Part shown: in pieces, positions 20,156 to 23,605 of the stretch
How positions within the stretch are numbered: position 1 is the stretch's first letter
How the letters are laid out: every line of letters starts with the position of its first letter
DNA from: Fibrobacteria bacterium
GTDB taxonomy: Bacteria; Fibrobacterota; Fibrobacteria; UBA11236
Assembly: GCA_050486505.1 (NCBI GenBank)
Contig: JBJHDK010000015.1
Span: 1-23,605 of the forward strand
DNA length: 23,605 nucleotides
Direction: 5' to 3'
Notes under the pieces: generated by a model
Told to the model about the DNA's origin: nothing
The model's database searches: none
The model's input: the letters and a program-made list of their open reading frames with translations, nothing else
Position numbers and translations under genes: made by a program

Positions 20156-20370
20156 CGGCTGTCGCTTGCCACACGGTCGTTGCGAATGAAGGGCGTGTTC
20201 ATCAAGGGAGGCGGCAGCATTTTGGGGTCCGTGTCGGGGAACAGGATGCGACAGGGATCTTTCGGATTCCCCCCGTGGCGGAGGAGGCGTGGCGGGGTGT
20301 TCGATGGGTCGGGCGGGATGATCGGAAAGAACCTGCAATCGTTTCAGGGAGCCACAATCAGGAGGGACTT

Positions 20371-22746
20371 ATGTTGTTCTGGAGAAAAATCGCGGCGACA
20401 GTCGCACTCGCTGCTGCAACGAGCCTTTCGCAGCCGGCGGAGCTTTTCGGGCGTTATCTCGACGTGACGGTGAATACGACGGCATCGGGAGGCGGGGCAG
20501 GAGTGGATTCCGCCGTGACCGACTTTCCGTTGCTGTTGCGCCTGACTCCGGCCACGGCGGCTGCGCCGCTCGCAGAGGCGCTGCCGGGTGGCGCGGATCT
20601 CCGTTTTACGGATGCGAACCGCAATCCCGTCGCACACGAAACCGAATACTGGTCCGATACCTTGGCGATCATCTGGGTGCGGGCCTCGCGCATTGAGGGC
20701 AACGCCAACACGACGCTCCGCATGCACTGGGGAAAGGCCGGCGTTTCGAACGCATCGAATCCTTCCGGGGTGTTCAATGCGTCCAATGGTTATCTCGCGG
20801 TATTTCACCTGAACGAGGCATCGGGCGACACGATTCGCGATGCCACCGGCAATCACAAGGGAGTTCCTGCCGGGCCGGCCAATCCGGTGCACGTTCCGGC
20901 CGGCGCGGGATCCCACTTGGGAGGGGCCAAACACTTCGGTGGCGATCTCGATTCGCACCTGACCGTGGGAGGAGCCTATATCGTGCGTGCCGCCAGCGGC
21001 GCCGGATCCCACAACCTTTTCAATTTCAGCGAGCCCGATCCGCGGTTCACGATTTCGGCCTGGGTTTGGATCGACGCGAACGTGGGAACTGACTGTTGTG
21101 TCGACCGGCGTCGGGGGATCATCACCAAGGCGGATCACGGAGGTTCGACCAATGGTGCGGATCCGGAGCCGATGTCGTGGTTCATGCGCCCCAACTTTCA
21201 GACCGGGGCGAATTCCGCGTCGCGCTACCAGTTCCAGCCCGGGAGTGAAACCGCGTCGGGAGCATATACTATCGCGATGAACACCTCGAGCACGGGGATC
21301 TGGACCTATTTGAGTTTCTCCGCAACGGGCCCGGGCCTGCCGAATGCGCTCCGCGGTTACCATGAAGGCGTCACGACTTTCCTGAATTCGCCGGCCAACG
21401 ATTTTCCCGAGCACGGCGTCCCCGTTGTCATCGGCGGTTTCTGGAGCAGTCTCGCCGCCGCAACCGACAGCGTGTCGCACTTTTTGAACGGGCGGATCGA
21501 CGAGGTGCGTGTTTCCAACGTCGGCCGGACCAACGCGTGGATGGACCTTGAATTCCAGACGCAACGCCCGAACCAGACGGCTGTGGCTTACGGTGCGCCC
21601 CAGAACAACGACACGAGCAGGGTGTTCCTTTACGGCCTCCGCAGCGCGAGTTTTCTGGTCAATGCGCAAATCACGAACATTGCGCCCTACGTGAAGCCCG
21701 GAAACACCGCATCCGCCTACGCCATCGCTCCCACGCTTCCCGCGGGCCTGAACTTCAACACGACGACGGGAGTCATTTCCGGTACGCCGACATCGACGTC
21801 AGGAGTGCAGCAGTACATCGTCACGGCGACCATCGGGGGGAATCCTCACCCTGACACGCTTTCTCTTTCCGTCGTTTCCGGGACTCCTCCGGGCGCACCC
21901 GCCGGCGTCACGGCAACGGCTTCCCCTGGACAGGCCATCGTCACTTGGGGCGCGCCGACTTCGACAGGAAGCACTCCCATCACCGGCTACACCGTGACGT
22001 CTTCCCCCGGTGGCGCAACCTGCAACTGGACGACCGGGCCACTTTCGTGCACCGTCACGGGGCTGACTAATGGCACGGCCTACACCTTCACGGTCACGGC
22101 CACGAACAGCATCGGGACGGGCCCGGCCTCGTCGGCCTCCAATGCCGTGACGCCGGCCGCCAGGCCCGGCGCGCCGACTGCCGTCACGGTGGTCGGTGTG
22201 GAGGGAACTCCGACTTCGGCGACCGTGTCCTGGACGGCTCCGGCTTCCGATGGAGGCTCCGCCATCACCGGCAGCTTCGCATTCGGCAACCCCAGCGGCG
22301 CTTGCTTCGCAGCGGCCCCCGCCACCACTTGCTCGGTGAGCGGGTTGACGGTTGGCACGGCTTACACGTTCCGCGTGGCTTCTTCCAATGCGGTGGGCGC
22401 GGGTGATACATCTGCCGCGTCGGAGCCCTACACCCCGACGCCGGCGTCCCTGCTGCCGGGGAGTTTCGCGCTGCAGGCAGGTGGGACGGCGCGCCCCTTC
22501 ACCTTCGTCCTGGCTCCCGAGGCGGTCGCCAGCACCGAGGCCTTCACCTTGTCGGTTCACGACGTGTGGGGGCGCACGGTGTGGTCGCGCACGGTGCATC
22601 CCGCGAAGGACGGCACGCGTGAACTGGTCTGGGACAACCGCAACGCCAGCGGCCACGTTGTTTCAGCGGGGCTTTACATCGTGCGTGTGTCGATGCTGAA
22701 CGGCGGCCGAACCGTCGGCTTCATCGAGCGGACGATCAGGCACTGA
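20371..22746 (+). CDS. secreted DUF2341-LamG-HePIG-2xFN3-sorting-domain protein, paralog 3 (791 aa)
   Basis: SD AGGAGG at 20360-20365, signal peptide MLFWRKIAATVALAAATSLS|Q, DFPLLLRL, GADLRFT, FTISAWV, LNGRIDEVRVSN, two FN3, C-terminal domain. Confidence 0.88.
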   Translation: MLFWRKIAATVALAAATSLSQPAELFGRYLDVTVNTTASGGGAGVDSAVTDFPLLLRLTPATAAAPLAEALPGGADLRFTDANRNPVAHETEYWSDTLAIIWVRASRIEGNANTTLRMHWGKAGVSNASNPSGVFNASNGYLAVFHLNEASGDTIRDATGNHKGVPAGPANPVHVPAGAGSHLGGAKHFGGDLDSHLTVGGAYIVRAASGAGSHNLFNFSEPDPRFTISAWVWIDANVGTDCCVDRRRGIITKADHGGSTNGADPEPMSWFMRPNFQTGANSASRYQFQPGSETASGAYTIAMNTSSTGIWTYLSFSATGPGLPNALRGYHEGVTTFLNSPANDFPEHGVPVVIGGFWSSLAAATDSVSHFLNGRIDEVRVSNVGRTNAWMDLEFQTQRPNQTAVAYGAPQNNDTSRVFLYGLRSASFLVNAQITNIAPYVKPGNTASAYAIAPTLPAGLNFNTTTGVISGTPTSTSGVQQYIVTATIGGNPHPDTLSLSVVSGTPPGAPAGVTATASPGQAIVTWGAPTSTGSTPITGYTVTSSPGGATCNWTTGPLSCTVTGLTNGTAYTFTVTATNSIGTGPASSASNAVTPAARPGAPTAVTVVGVEGTPTSATVSWTAPASDGGSAITGSFAFGNPSGACFAAAPATTCSVSGLTVGTAYTFRVASSNAVGAGDTSAASEPYTPTPASLLPGSFALQAGGTARPFTFVLAPEAVASTEAFTLSVHDVWGRTVWSRTVHPAKDGTRELVWDNRNASGHVVSAGLYIVRVSMLNGGRTVGFIERTIRH
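22447..22746 (+). repeat. 300-nt direct repeat, copy B (sorting domain of paralog 3)
   Basis: 294/300 identical to 19856-20155. Confidence 0.95.
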
Positions 22747-22769
22747 ACGCGGAAGGAACGGGGGTCCCG

Positions 22770-22795
22770 AAAAAGCCTCCCACGGGAGGCTTTTT
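22770..22795 (+). terminator. intrinsic terminator after paralog 3
   Basis: AAAAA-GCCTCC-CACG-GGAGGC-TTTTT. The stem is related to the terminator at 17701. Confidence 0.88.
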
Positions 22796-23006
22796 CGCGG
22801 GAGGCCCCTTCGGCGGGCGACTCACAGCGGTTTTCTGGTTCGACGGGGAAATGTTCCGGGGGAGTGGGGGCGTGGCCGGAAGGCGCCACGCCTAAAAAAA
22901 CCGAAATAGCGGCACCGGGATGCGTGCTGGAGGAATAGATTTCGTTGTGGTCGAAACGGGAGCCTTGTGCATCTCCCGTCAATCCATTCAAGGAGAGGAT
23001 GTTCCC

Positions 23007-23605
23007 ATGAAAAAGCTGATTGCCATGGCCGCACTGGCGGCCTTTGTTTCGGTACCCCATGCCCAGAATTTCGGAACCTGGGCGAAGTATCGTACGGTCA
23101 CCATCAACACAACATCAGCCGGCGGTGGCGCCGGTGTCGCGGCCACGCTGACCGATTTTCCGGTCTTGGTGCGCCTGACGGATGCCTCCAACGCCACCGG
23201 CGCCGACGTCTTGTCCGAGGCACTGGCGGGTGGCGCCGACATTCGCTTCACGAATGCGGCGGGGACGGTGGTTTTGCCCCATGAAATCGATCATTGGTCC
23301 GCGACCGGCGCGGCGATCTGGGTGAAGGTTCCTTCCGTGGCCGGGAATGCGAATACCGAGATCCGCATGTATTGGAACAGGCCCGGCAGTTCAAGCTCGT
23401 CCGACGGAAATGCCGTGTTCCCGGCTTCCAATGGCTATGTGGGGGTTTGGCACATGGGCGGCCCCGACGGTCCGCGCCCGAATGCGACCGTGGGGGGGCC
23501 GGCCGCCGTGGCGGCCCCCACCGCCGCCGGCCCCACCATAGCCGGGCGCGCGCGGGCCCGCGTGGTCGGCCGGGCGGGCAGCCGGCCACGCGGGAACCGC
23601 GCCCC
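23007..23605 (+). CDS. secreted DUF2341 protein, paralog 4 (runs off the window)
   Basis: Not in the ORF track. SD AGGAGAGG. Translation MKKLIAMAALAAFVSVPHA|QNFGTWAKYRTVTINTT...DFPVLVRL...GADIRFT...IWVKVPSVAGN...MYW...GVWHM. The last ~90 nt are low-complexity and uncertain. Confidence 0.85.
   Translation, partial: MKKLIAMAALAAFVSVPHAQNFGTWAKYRTVTINTTSAGGGAGVAATLTDFPVLVRLTDASNATGADVLSEALAGGADIRFTNAAGTVVLPHEIDHWSATGAAIWVKVPSVAGNANTEIRMYWNRPGSSSSSDGNAVFPASNGYVGVWHMGGPDGPRPNATVGGPAAVAAPTAAGPTIAGRARARVVGRAGSRPRGNRA

Noticed and set aside
19856..22746. Diversity-generating retroelement TR/VR pair
   Set aside because: The mismatches (G/A, T/C, G/A, A/G, G/A, C/G) are not restricted to adenines of one copy. 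Both copies are coding, and there is no reverse transcriptase in the window.
23515..23605. Extreme-GC low-complexity tail suggesting a frameshift or pseudogene in paralog 4
   Set aside because: It falls in the variable region at the sequence edge with no stop codon. It may be low-quality contig-end sequence, so it cannot be interpreted.

Overview
GC-rich bacterial chromosomal segment, probably from a Fibrobacterota (FCB group) lineage. That call is inferred from a Fibrobacter-type LexA box at recA, DUF5683-like and FlgD-Ig/T9SS-like sorting domains, and Gln at +1 after signal peptides. Bases 1-15150 are mostly housekeeping genes: ispD (partial), argG, thiE, a membrane metal-hydrolase plus a small Cys-rich protein, cinA-recA, a tandem DUF5683-like protein, tRNA-Lys(CTT), an M23 peptidase, a PHP phosphoesterase, mannose-1-P guanylyltransferase, a degenerate GT9-like protein and a pfkB-mqnB-mqnD operon. 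From 15346 to the end is a head-to-tail array of at least four paralogous secreted proteins (signal peptide, DUF2341, highly variable LamG-like core, He_PIG Ig, two FN3, C-terminal sorting domain), with a 300-nt 98%-identical patch covering exactly the sorting domain of two copies. Notable non-coding features are a ~350-400 nt densely structured candidate RNA downstream of recA, three GTAG-type REP hairpins, inverted heptamer repeats and several apparently leaderless genes. All calls come from manual reading; no database searches or folding programs were run.
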